Below, in pieces: positions 11,347 through 22,326 of a DNA stretch of 29,643 bases. Source of the stretch: Zygophlyctis sp. KS116. Its lineage: Eukaryota > Fungi > Chytridiomycota. The translations under genes and the position numbers were made by a program. The stretch's first letter is position 1; the number at the start of each line of letters is the position of its first letter. The DNA lies in NCBI GenBank assembly GCA_054661495.1, contig BAAFSQ010000114.1, positions 1 through 29,643 on the forward strand. Direction: 5' to 3'. The notes beneath the pieces were generated by a model. The model saw only the letters and a program-made list of their open reading frames with translations. It made no database searches and had not been told where the DNA came from.

Positions 11347-11522
11347 TGTTTATTTTTTTTTGAAAGAGGTGGATATGTGCCGCTTTTTATAACGGCCTAT
11401 TTTTGGAATTCTATAATTAAACTGATCAGTACTATAAATAGATATCGATCACGAAATAAGACATCTTTTACTGAGATTACTGCAAAGATCAATTTATTTA
11501 AGAGTTTGATCAAACTTCTAGT

Positions 11523-12057
11523 CTAAAGCCAAATCAATAGCAGTACTATCAAAAATCCAGGAATCTTAGCATTTTGTCCCATGCTAGAGAGCTTTTCCTT
11601 GGGATCATTGCTACAAAATAGTTTAAACTGGTATTATGTAACTTAAACTTACATTTGACATACAAACTTTAACTGGGATTGTAATTGGTTCTCCCTTGTT
11701 GAATAGATTGGAGCTATTGGAATTTGCGGTACATCCCTGACCTTTGAAAGCAAATGCACTCAAAAAACCATTCTTGCACTGAGCAAAAAAACTTAGATCA
11801 TCTCCCAAAGACTGAGCTGCAAGAAATTCACATTCCGGCTTCAGATCAACATTTGATAGGCACTCGGTTTTGGCATAATAGCACTGATCAGTTTTAACTG
11901 AGCTCACAGAAGTTATTGATCCACTACACCCGGCAGCTGCATAAGCATTAGCTACAATATATGTGGCATCTGATTGTGCAAAAGAAAGATCCTAATATTA
12001 CAAAAAACGAAACATTACTACCAAGAAAGCAACTAAAAGTGTGAAGATTGAGATCAT
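11523..12057 (-). CDS. Secreted GPI-type 8-Cys small protein, paralog 2
   Basis: MISIFTLLVAFL, intron about 11992-12021, AQSDATYIVANAYAAAGC...QCYYAKTEC...PECEFL...GDDLSF, second intron before FKLFCSNDP; TAG at 11523-11525. Confidence 0.85.
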
Positions 12058-12123
12058 GAAAATTAGTAGCAGGTCTAGGAAAATAACTTGAAAGACCAAA
12101 ACGACAAAATTAATATTCTTAAA

Positions 12124-12665
12124 CTAAATCAAAATCAAAATAGTGATTGCGACCACGAAAGAGAATGATCTATTCGTTGATCCATTGGATTTTTGAGTAG
12201 TGTTATTATCTTTAGACGGGGCAGTTGCATTAAATTTCGGGTCGTCGCTGCAATAAATTTTGAACTTTTGTTAAAATTTAAAATTATTACATTAGAAACA
12301 CATGTACCAGAAGGCAATGATACTTCATCTCCAATTATATTTCCATTGCATGATTTCCCAGAATAAGCACTTCCAATCATAGAGCCGCCTTTGCAGACAC
12401 CGGTTAAGCTCACATCAGTCCCGATCACGAGCGTTTTGAGAAAATCATACTGTGGTTGTAAATTTCTATTCGATGCACATTCATCAGGAGCATAATAACA
12501 TTTATCAGTGCTGACAGAGGCAATTCTTTTTACAGGGCCTTCGCATCCTTAAGATCTAAAGGTATTGGCAACAATGTATTTCACATCTGATTGCGCAATC
12601 AGTCAATTCTACTATAAAATCAAAAATATTACCAAAAATAGTGCAATGATTCCAACAAAACTCAT
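12124..12665 (-). pseudogene. 8-Cys family paralog 3, probable pseudogene
   Basis: Same two-intron layout and AQSDVKYIVANTF...KCYY...FKIYCSDDP, but in-frame TGA (12603-12605) and TAA (12549-12551), and a conserved Cys reads Tyr (12447-12449). Confidence 0.75.
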
Positions 12666-12787
12666 TTCTGAGACAAACTCTCAGATCGGGTCTGGATATC
12701 AGTCAATGCACATGAAATAGTCGGGTCCAGTTCAATTTTGCAGATCGGGACTCAAAAATGATCAATATTATAAAAAAGCGTTATTAA

Positions 12788-14685
12788 TCATTCCAAAAGG
12801 CCTAGCAAATCCTTTGCGTGCTTTGCTATTTCATAGGAAGTGTTGGCTATTTTCTGTTTGAGAGACTTGTTAGATGGATCATTTCCTATTTTCGATCCTA
12901 AAGAATTCATTAGATTTTTAGTATCTGACAAATCGGAAGCAATGTCGAGAGCTTTTTCAGATATATCTCTGTCTCCATGCCTTTTAAAGGTTCCTCTGGT
13001 CTCGTACATTACTGTGTCTATGTGTTCGCATATCACAGAGATATATTTTGCCAATTCATGGCCAGAGGCCGATGATGAACGCATAGTTTGTAACAGGTCC
13101 TGTATAGTATGTGCAATTTCATCTGTTTCTTCTTCCAGAAATAACTTTGTTTAATGAATTAGTTCGTACCTTTAGTTCCACCAAATCCATCCCTCTGACA
13201 TTTGAATCTTTACTGAAAGAAGAAACATTCCTGGGAGAGTCTGGAGGAGATGCCCATTTACTTAAAGGAGCATCTTTACCATTATTATGATCATATCTTT
13301 TCATAATATTCACCAAGTCGTTTAAAGATTGGGTTAATCGATCAATAGCCCCGTCAAGACCATCTAGAGAAGCCCTGCCTGAGGCATGATCTTTTGCAAT
13401 TTCAAGCAAGTGAGCTAGAGCTGAAGACAATGCTTCCTTCCCAGAATGAAGACGAACCTTATCAGATTCATTTAATACATCTGCTTGTTCAATTAACTCT
13501 GATTCTTCTGTTATACTCTTGCATGACAAAAGTACCGCCTTCATCGCAACCAAAACAGCAGTAGATTGGCCACCTCTAGCAGCTGCTGAAAGATCGTCGA
13601 TAGACGCATAAAATGCATCAAGCCGTAATGTCTTTACAGATGGACCACTGCTATCCCTGGCAAACTTTTGTTCATTTTGACTTGACCGAAGCCTTTCTTC
13701 CAATTCCTTATTTCTCGCAGTTAGAGTCTTAATTTCGGCTAGAAAATTCGAGGCTTCAGACCGAAGCGACTCTGTAATCTAATTAAATAAGATAACCCTT
13801 GACTTACATCCTTTTGATGATTGTAGTCGTCTTTCAGGGAATCTCGATCATGTTTTAGACTGTCATTTTTCTTTTGTAATTCAGCATTTAGCTATAATTT
13901 TTAAAATAAATATTTTACCCTTGTTTGAGTTTCCAAATTTTTTTCCAAGTCATGTATAATCTGATCAGACTCTCTCAAATTCTTTTCAAAATCCCTTAAT
14001 TGCAGCTCCAACTTTGCAATCTTGGAATTATATTCTGATTTAATTTTGTCAATTTCACCAACAGAATATGCTTCAGAAGGGGTACTCCTATAAGCCGAAC
14101 TTGAAATAGATACATCAGATGGCCTACGATCTCTTATGTCTGGTCTTCTTAACCTATCATCAGGCCTCCTTTCTGAACTTTTCCCCCTAACATCATTTGA
14201 ATATTGTCTAATAGATTCATAATTTCGATCATTATTTTGCGATATTTCTGGGGACTTAATCCTCTTTAGAAATTAGAAAATCAAAATACCTGATCGTTTT
14301 CTTCAAAAAGCATCGGGAATCTTTTTTCAATCTCTAGCATGACTTCACAACTTAATTCCTGAAATCTTGTTAAAGAGAGTGTAGCCATTTTCTGCCTTGC
14401 TTGATTTCTCTTTGGCAACAAATCATTTCTTATTGGAAGAAATGGAACTATACATTATAATGATCTCTTACCAGTCTTTGAATCATACATCCTTCTCTTA
14501 ATCTCATCATATACATCAGAGGACACTTTTAAGAATTCCTCTTGTGGAAGTTTGGATAGTTTATCTTTTGCTGAAGTCTTGGATCTCTGAGAGAGTCCTA
14601 GTGTCTGCATATAAGAGGATAGATACTCTCTAATGACTTGATAATGATCTCTAAACAGATCATCACCAGATGAAAATCTACTCAT
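12788..14685 (-). CDS. Spa2/GIT-family polarity scaffold (Spa2 homology repeats, coiled coil, GIT1-C-like helical bundle)
   Basis: AKDKLSKLPQEEFLKVSSDVYDEIKRR and PFLPIRNDLLPKRNQARQKMATLSLTRFQEL (SHD repeats); C-terminal IANTSYEIAKHAKDLLGLLE. Confidence 0.9.
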
Positions 14686-14839
14686 TTGACAAAAACAAGC
14701 GCCACAATTCCTATTGTTTCAGTCTATTAATAAATATTCTAAAATTAAGTGTTTCTTCAGGGCTTAAGAAATAATTTAATAATGATAGCATCATGAATGA
14801 CATTTCCCAATCGAAAGTGGCAGAGGAACTGGGATCACA

Positions 14840-15979
14840 ATGAGCGTTCGCTCCCAGCCGTCGGAAAATTTCTTTTTAACGCTCCCGATGAATTATTTAG
14901 GAAATATCCTTGGAAGCTCCAGTTCTGCTTCTCCCGATCCAGTCGGTAACAAGGTACTGAGAGTTCGGGTTGGTCCATCTATTCATCACTTGAGTCTAGC
15001 GCATGTTAATAATCCAGATTCTCCGCATTTTATAGACTCTCCATATTTCACTGGAAAGATTTTAATCAGAGTCAAGAATTTTAAGGGGGAAATTCCTGAA
15101 GGAGCTCCGAAAAGTAAAACGACGCAAGATTACTTTTCTAGTCACAAGAGACTTTTTTCTATTCAAATCCAAGGAAGATTTAAACATGTAATTTAAAAAT
15201 ACTCGAAAATTTAGGAATATACATCTGATGATGTGGTTTTTGGAGCTGAATTTGAAAGGAAATTATCTCCGCCAACGGGTGCATGGGTTGCAATCAAGTT
15301 TGCTAATTTGATTGATCCAGCTTTAACAACTGATTTGTATTCTGATACTCCATGGTTATATTCTCCTATTTTATGCTCAATGAATGTTGTCAATGTTCAA
15401 CCTGCATCAGAATCAGTCTCTTCAATTGTTCCAGCTAAACAATCAAGAGTTTCTATAAGCTCAACTTCTGGTAATTCATATATTGCTTTTGCAGGTCCTG
15501 ATCTCTCAAACACTAATAGTAAAAATATTGATGCAAAAAATCTAGTTTCTTTTCCTACATTTAATAAGACTCCTTCTGTTGGATTAGGAAAATGGGTTCC
15601 GGGAGAAATATCAGAAGATACAACTCTATTGTTTACATCTTCTTCTCCACCCTTTCCTTCAGATTCAATACATGGTCGTAGGAAGCATTTTCAATCAGAA
15701 AAAGCAAGAAAGTCTGTCATTTTCACTCCTGATAATGTTTACAATATGGAGGTAATTATTGATTTCTTCTGATTATTTTAGATATTTGCCCCATTTATAG
15801 ATTTAAACACATTTGATCTGTCGCTTGGTATAAATGTTAATCTCGTTCATTATCTATTAAATCAGCCTATAAGACTAATGTCTAAATCACAATCTACTAA
15901 TGTAGTATTTTTTGTTGTGGAATTTGATCTCGTTGATCCACAATCGCGTGAAGAAGACGAAGTTTTTCACGACTGCTAA
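14840..15979 (+). CDS. DUF1769-family protein
   Basis: LRVRVGPS...VNN...[17 protein letters not shown]...[55 protein letters not shown]. Introns 15188-15214 and 15752-15781; TAA at 15977-15979. Start position uncertain. Confidence 0.8.
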
Positions 15980-15986
15980 ATACAAG

Positions 15987-18900
15987 ATGACTAGAGTTAC
16001 ACTGAATTTGAGGCTTGATTCTCCCACTATTTTTAAAGCAACCAGGCTCTTCTATGAGAGGCTCGGTTGGAAAATATTCAAGGATTCTTCTGCGCATGAG
16101 GTCTTGTTGGTTAATTATGCATTGGATATTACACTCAGACTTATCTGTCTTGATCAAGAACAGGAGGAAGGTGATCTTATCGAGTCCATCAAACTTGACT
16201 CTTTTAATGAAAAACTATGGGCAGTATTTACTGTTGATTCATTGCAGCACATTCTAAATACATTAGATTCAAACACACATCCATATCTCTCAAGCAATTT
16301 TCCTCCTCAATTTGACTCTGCAATTGAATTGCTTACAAAGGATCCTGCAGGAAATGCTATTGGATTTATGACAAAAAAGTTGCTAGTTGTGGAAAAACGT
16401 CCACGGTCAGTGATGAGAGGTAGATCTGCTGCAGGTAGAAGAATTTCTAATCCAAAAAAGAGAATTGGGATTCTAACTTCTGGTGGAGATTCATCTGGTA
16501 TGAATGCTGCAGTAAGGTCAATTACGAGATTTGCGTTACAAAAGGGATGTATTCCTTTTGCTATCTATGAAGGTTATCAAGGATTAGTTGATGGAGGTGA
16601 AAAGATCAAGCAGTTTGGATGGGAGGATGTGCGAGGAATGATTTCAACTGGAGGTACTAGCATTGGTACGGCTAGATGTAGTGCGTTCAGGACAAGAGAA
16701 GGTACGAGCAAATTATTTAAATTTGAAGGTAGATTAAAGGCAGCTTTCAACATGGTAAATGCTGGTATTGATGCGCTGATTGTGATTGGAGGGGATGGTT
16801 CATTGACTGGAGCTGATATGCTTCGTGCTGAGTGGAAAGGTTTACTGGATGAACTGGTTGCCAAAGGAGAGTTTACTGAAGCGGATGTCAGTCATTTAAA
16901 AAAGGATTTGGCTATTGTAGGGCTTGTTGGATCTATCGATAATGATATGTCGGCTACAGATTTGACGATTGGAGCTGTAACATCATTGCATCGAATTTGC
17001 GAAGCTTTAGACTCACTTTCTTCCACTGCAAGCTCACATCAGCGAGCATTTGTTGTAGAGGTAATGGGGAGACATTGCGGATGGCTAGCTCTAATGGCTG
17101 GAATGGCTTCAGGTGCAGATTGGGTATTCTTGCCAGAAAAGCCTCCACCAATGGATACTAGTAGGTATGGTGATGATTGGGAGTCTGAAATGTGTGAAAA
17201 TGTTCAACTTTATAGACAGAAAGGGGCACGTAAAACCATGGTGATTGTATGTGAAGGGGCTATTGATCGAAATCTGAAGCCTATAAAGCCTGAGGCTGTC
17301 AAAAAGGTTTTAGAAGAACGTCTAAAGTTGGATACTCGGGTCACTACATTAGGCCATGTACAAAGGGGTGGAATACCCTGTGCAATGGACAGACTTTTAG
17401 TATTTTCTTGTAATATATTAATACGTAGGCCTCGCTTCAAGGGATTGAAGCGGTAAAAGCTGTCCTTCGTTCTACATCCGAAACTCCTGCTCCTATGATT
17501 GGTACTTCAGAAGGGAAAATTATTTCTGTATCATTAATGGATGCCGTAAAGCTGGTAATCGCTCTTTTAGTAAAAATAGACGCATTCTGTGGCCGATTCG
17601 ATCTCAAAAAAGGACTTTGCTCGTGCAATGGAACTGCGTGATCCAATGTTTGAATCTAGCTATGACGCATTTATTGAAACAACGTTACTAACTGGTCCCA
17701 GGGTTCATAAATTGCCTGAAAACCAGGTAGTTTATACTTTTTCTAATTATAGCGTTTGAGGATTGGAATTATTCATGTTGGCGCTCCTGCTGGAGGCATG
17801 AATGCAGCAACTCGTGTGGCAGCACGCATCTGTTTAAATCGTGGACACACCCCACTAGGAATCAGAAACGGGTTTTCGGGTCTTTTAAGAGATGAGGTAG
17901 TCGTTCTTAAGTGGGAAGAGCTGATTGGCTGGCAATCTAAAGGGGTAAAATTTTGGATTTTGAACATTAGGGGAGCGAGCTTGGAACTAATCGAGATCAT
18001 CCAAAACCGCTGTCAAACGGTCCTTCTATTAATATGAAGTACATGACTTCAGAACTACTGGATTTGGGGCAGGTGGCATATCATTTGCAAAAGCATGAAA
18101 TTAATGCATTGATGGTGATTGGTATTTTTTTTGGTCTTATTTGATTAGGTGGCTTTGAAGGATTTACTTCTATTGCAACATTAACTCATGCTCGATCTTT
18201 ATATCCGGCATTTTGCATCCCAATGGTTCATTTGCCGGCAACTGTCAGTAACAATATTCCAGGCACGGACTTTTCGATTGGTTCTGATACTGCCCTTAAT
18301 GCGATCATTGAGGCCTGTGATAGAATAAAACTCAGTGCAAATGCTAGCAGAAAGCGTGTATTTGTAGTTGAAGTTCAAGGAGGGAGCTGTGGGTAACTTT
18401 GACATATTGTTTTAATAGCTAATAGATACCTTGCTGCCATTGGTGGTCTTATTGCTGGAGCTACCACTGCATATGTTCCGGAAATCGGTGTATCATTAAG
18501 CAGTTTGCAAAGGGACATCAAGCATTTGGTACGGAGATATAATGAAGATGATCGACGTAATCTTCCAAATGAAGGCAGAATTATTTTAAGAACCGAAAGA
18601 ACTGCACCAGAAATTTATTCTACAGATGTCATTTCAGGTATTCTTAGAGCAGAAGGAAAAGGTGTATTTGATTCTAGGACTTCTGTTTTGGGTCATTTGC
18701 AACAAGGAGGCATTCCTACACCAATGGATCGTATCCGAGCAACTCGCTTGGCTGTTCAATGTATGGACTGGATACAGCAAGCTTGCGCTAAATCTTCAAT
18801 AATCGAATCTAAACAGAACATGAATAAGTGTGTCCGAACGATTTATACTACTGATCCAAACCACGCGTGTGTGATTGGGATCCGTGGTGGTAGCATTTCG

Positions 18901-19062
18901 TTCTCTCCAGTTGCTGATTTAGAACCAGAGGTAGATACTAAATCTAGAAGGAGCCATTCCACATGGTGGCTAGATGTTAATAATTACACAAGGATGTTGG
19001 CAAAATATGATTATAGAGATGAAAGTGACTTTGAAGACGATATCTCAACTTATTCTTCTTAA
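15987..19062 (+). CDS. PFK: ATP-dependent 6-phosphofructokinase (eukaryotic two-domain type) with an N-terminal glyoxalase-like extension
   Basis: [66 protein letters not shown]; regulatory half [24 protein letters not shown]. Seven short introns. Confidence 0.98.
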
Positions 19063-19172
19063 ATGATTTGGAATAAATCATCTGAAATTTATTTTGAAAA
19101 GAAATTGCTAATTTAAGAAGTGAAGAATCAAATGCTTCCATAATTTTTTCCTGGATCAAACCAGACCATTTC

Positions 19173-20490
19173 CTAGGAAGAGAAGCTTAGAAATTTGCTC
19201 TTATAATCTCCCTTTGTAAAACCAGTAATTCCAGCACAATAAGCAAGTGTCAAACATGGAGAAACCCCAACAGTTCCCGGAACATCACGATGATAAGCCC
19301 AATACCCAAATTGAACGATTGATGGCTTTGTGGTAGAGAAAGTAAGTAGAGAATCAATATCTGCTATTGTGCGAATTGCTCCACTATCATCCTTGCCTAT
19401 CATAGGAGTGACTCCAAGCCTAATATTATTATTTATCCCAACCAATTGAAGATATGCAGACTCTATTGCTTTAACATCAAAATTAAGTCCACGAGAACTC
19501 GCTCCATAATTCATCGTCATAATATTCACTGCAGATGGTAACACACCATTGCTGATTGAGTTCCTGATAAGAGCTATTCCATCTGAAGTTAGTCCAGAGG
19601 GGCCTACTGCCAAAGTGTAAGTAACCTTTAATCTAGGATATGAGGCGAGTGTAATTTTCATAGCTTTAGAGCGAAGCGTATCTGCAGCAACATTAGCAAC
19701 ATCAGATCCTTCAATATCAAAATCAAAAGTTATACTTGATCCAAAAGTTTGAGCGATTTGATTATATTTTGCAGCCAATTGAGTAGCATTTCCATTTGCT
19801 GCTGCAAATTTAATTGCCAGTTCCACTCCAGCTTCAGATCCTCCAAAAGAAATAGTCTTGGCTCCAGCGAATCCAGTGACAGTAGTCATATAAGTTACGA
19901 GAGAAGTGCCTTCCCAGCTGGGTGCTGCACTTGTACCAGATCCTGAACCTGTGATAAACGCAAAAGTAGCAGCCTTTAGATTACTATGTAGTAGACACAC
20001 GCCCCAAATTAGCATTCAGAGTAGCAACCACTGCTTCATAATAAGGAGAAATGGTAAAAGCCCTTCCTGAAATTCTGCATTTAATACAAAGATTAAGCCC
20101 ATTTGGAACCGTTAAAGTAGTTGCAATATTAGCAGTTGGATTACAATCACTTAAGTATCCAATAGTCATTTTTTGAGAATCAGCAATTGATAGCCAAGTA
20201 TTACCAGTCCGAGTAGTAGTGAAACTTGAGCATGTACAAGTATTTGCATTGATTGAACAAGAAATACAAAGTTGCTGGCCTACAAACAATATAGTCGTAA
20301 GTGCTTCAGGATTGCATCTTTGAAGATTAGCTACAGATACTCTATTATTTTGAGCAATCAGAGACAGATAATCACCACCTATTACTGTATATGTCCTTAG
20401 ACAAACCCGAACATTACAAGTCAATGCAGTACTTGCATGAATAAAGAAGATTGTAAGCAAATCATGATAAATTTCAATTATACGCCACAT
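19173..20490 (-). CDS. Two Cys-flanked LysM domains fused to a bacterial-type GH18 chitinase domain; frame interrupted at about 19985
   Basis: LysM YTVIGGDYLSLIA...LQRCNP...LFVGQQLC plus a second repeat. GH18 SPYY, ISFGG, FDFDIEG (DxDxE intact), TYTLAVGPSGL, NIMTMNY, GVTPMIG. Start position uncertain (20505, 20490 or 20465). Confidence 0.8.
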
Positions 20491-20554
20491 TCCAAGATCG
20501 CTCATGTATTTAAGAGAAACCCATCTTATATATTTTATATCTTTAGAATATATT

Positions 20555-21058
20555 TTAATTCTTTGAGAGAGAAATGATTCCAGAGCAAGATGCAAACATT
20601 GTTCCCATTACTAAAAACGTATTTGCAACCAGAATCGGACGTGAGATTAGAGGATTAGCTTCCAGACCTCTGTACAATGTAGCAGTAGCCACCCGATATC
20701 CAAGACCAGCCGTTCCCCCAGCCAAAAAGTTTGTTACATGCCACTTCCAATTAGAATGATCCCAAACTTGAGTAGACATTCCTTTTCTAACTCCAGTAAC
20801 AAGTCCTTGGTAAATTAAAAAACAAGATCCAAACCCAACGATAGACTTGAAACTATTCCAGTATAATAATCTTTTCATGGATCTGAATTCTATCTCTGTT
20901 TCAGGGAAAGATGGGATATTTAAAGAGTGTGAAATAAATGCAGTTGATAGTCCAACACCAGATCCAATAACAGCCGTATGGATCGGAGAAGGATAAGTAT
21001 CATTAAGCATAAAAATGCCCATTATAGTCGGAGAAACTGATAGTGCAGTGGCAAACAT
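20555..21058 (-). CDS. Multi-pass membrane protein, possibly a degenerate mitochondrial-carrier-like protein; 5' exons unresolved
   Basis: Several Gly-rich hydrophobic segments (NFLAGGTAGLG, GFGSCFLIYQGL). No clean carrier PxD/E signature. Confidence 0.4.
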   Translation of the reverse strand: MFATALSVSPTIMGIFMLNDTYPSPIHTAVIGSGVGLSTAFISHSLNIPSFPETEIEFRSMKRLLYWNSFKSIVGFGSCFLIYQGLVTGVRKGMSTQVWDHSNWKWHVTNFLAGGTAGLGYRVATATLYRGLEANPLISRPILVANTFLVMGTMFASCSGIISLSKN

Positions 21059-21275
21059 TTGTGTATCGCAAACCTAAATTTTGTATTTACTATTTCAATT
21101 GATAATGTTCTTGATAATCTGCAACTAATCTTGATCTTGGTAAATAGCTGTCCATTCTTGAACAAATTCAATATTAAAAATACTCAAAGTCCAACATGTC
21201 TAAAGTAAACTTGTCTGACATAAACCCCAAACTATGAATACAACATCCAAAAGAATAAAATGAAAAAATAATGAT

Positions 21276-21348
21276 TGGAGAACGCCGGCATCGATCCGGC
21301 TACTTCTTGCATGCTAAGCAAGCGCTCTACCATTTGAGCTAGATCCCC
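21276..21348 (-). tRNA. tRNA-Ala (anticodon AGC)
   Basis: GGGGATCTAGCTCAAATGGTAGAGCGCTTGCTTAGCATGCAAGAAGTAGCCGGATCGATGCCGGCGTTCTCCA: 73-nt cloverleaf, G3-U70 alanine identity pair, AGC anticodon, T6 Pol III terminator just downstream. Confidence 0.97.
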
Positions 21349-21507
21349 GATGAAAAAAGGAGAAATGCACTTGTACAGTATACTAAAACCAATTTGTGAA
21401 AAAAGAATTCAGCTGAAAATCAAGACTTATTTCAAACTGTGCAAACACAAAAAATGTAAAATTAACAATAGTTTTTTTATATTTTATTATTCTTAAAATG
21501 CAAAATG

Positions 21508-22272
21508 TTAAAATGGAAGAGGATTTCCATGATAATCCAAAAAGAGTCCTGTTTTACTATCATCCAAAGAATTCATGACTTTAAAGAGCTCTTCTGCGCA
21601 TTCATCAGGAGACTTTAGGGGTACATTTTTGACATATGGACGTGATAGATCTGTATCTATTGTTCCTGGATGTAAGGAAATCACAATTGATCGTTTTCCC
21701 ATCTCGACTGAAAATGTTCTTGTCAATTGATTTAATGCAGCCTTTGACATTCTGTAAGAATACCATCCCCCTAAACGATTATCACCAATACTACCAGTTT
21801 TAGCAGAGATGTTTACCCAAACTGGTTTAGACCAATCTGAAAGTGTTTTTTGTGGTGGAGCTAATAAACTGCTAAAATGCTTGCCTACAAGAAGTGGTCC
21901 AAATGTATTAACAGAAAAATGCGCTTCAAGATTTAAACGATCTACTGCTTTAATTGATTTGTCTGGATTTAAATAACCAGCAGAATTTACTACAACTCGA
22001 AGACACTTTTGTCCAAACTTTTGTTGTATTGTATTACTTGCTAATTTAATAGATTCTTCAGAGGTAACATCCATTGGTACAAATGTAACTCTAGATTTCA
22101 AGTTTGATGGCAACAAGGCACAATTTTCTAAAAACTTGGATTCATTTCTTGCGGTTGCTACGACATCAAAAGTTGTAGAATTTAGAAATTTCTTTACTAA
22201 TGCAAATCCTACAAATTAATGGCTCTAGTTACCTATTCCTTTAGAGGCACCCTGTATTAATGTTACGGACAT
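21508..22272 (-). CDS. Short-chain dehydrogenase/reductase, C-factor (CsgA)-like
   Basis: QGASKGIG (intron 22209-22232), NSAG, SAKTGSIGDNRLGGWYSYRMSKAALNQ (YxxxK), LHPGTIDTDLS. Confidence 0.92.
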
Positions 22273-22326
22273 AAATTTCCAAAGCGTGTGGCAAACGCGT
22301 CTAGGCGAGATCCGATCTATACTATC

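Noticed and set aside
12549-12551. Alternative genetic code (TAA/TAG read as Gln) to explain in-frame stops
   Set aside because: Conserved genes (PFK, RPL22, NPR2, APL4) end at TAA as expected, and long conserved exons contain no internal TAR.
15987-16440. Glyoxalase-like N-terminal extension of PFK as a novel fusion
   Set aside because: A comparable N-terminal domain is already known in yeast phosphofructokinases.
21074-21090. 17-nt GT-AG segment as a record-short intron upstream of the membrane protein ORF
   Set aside because: I could not build a stop-free upstream exon with a start codon that uses it; the 5' structure stays unresolved.
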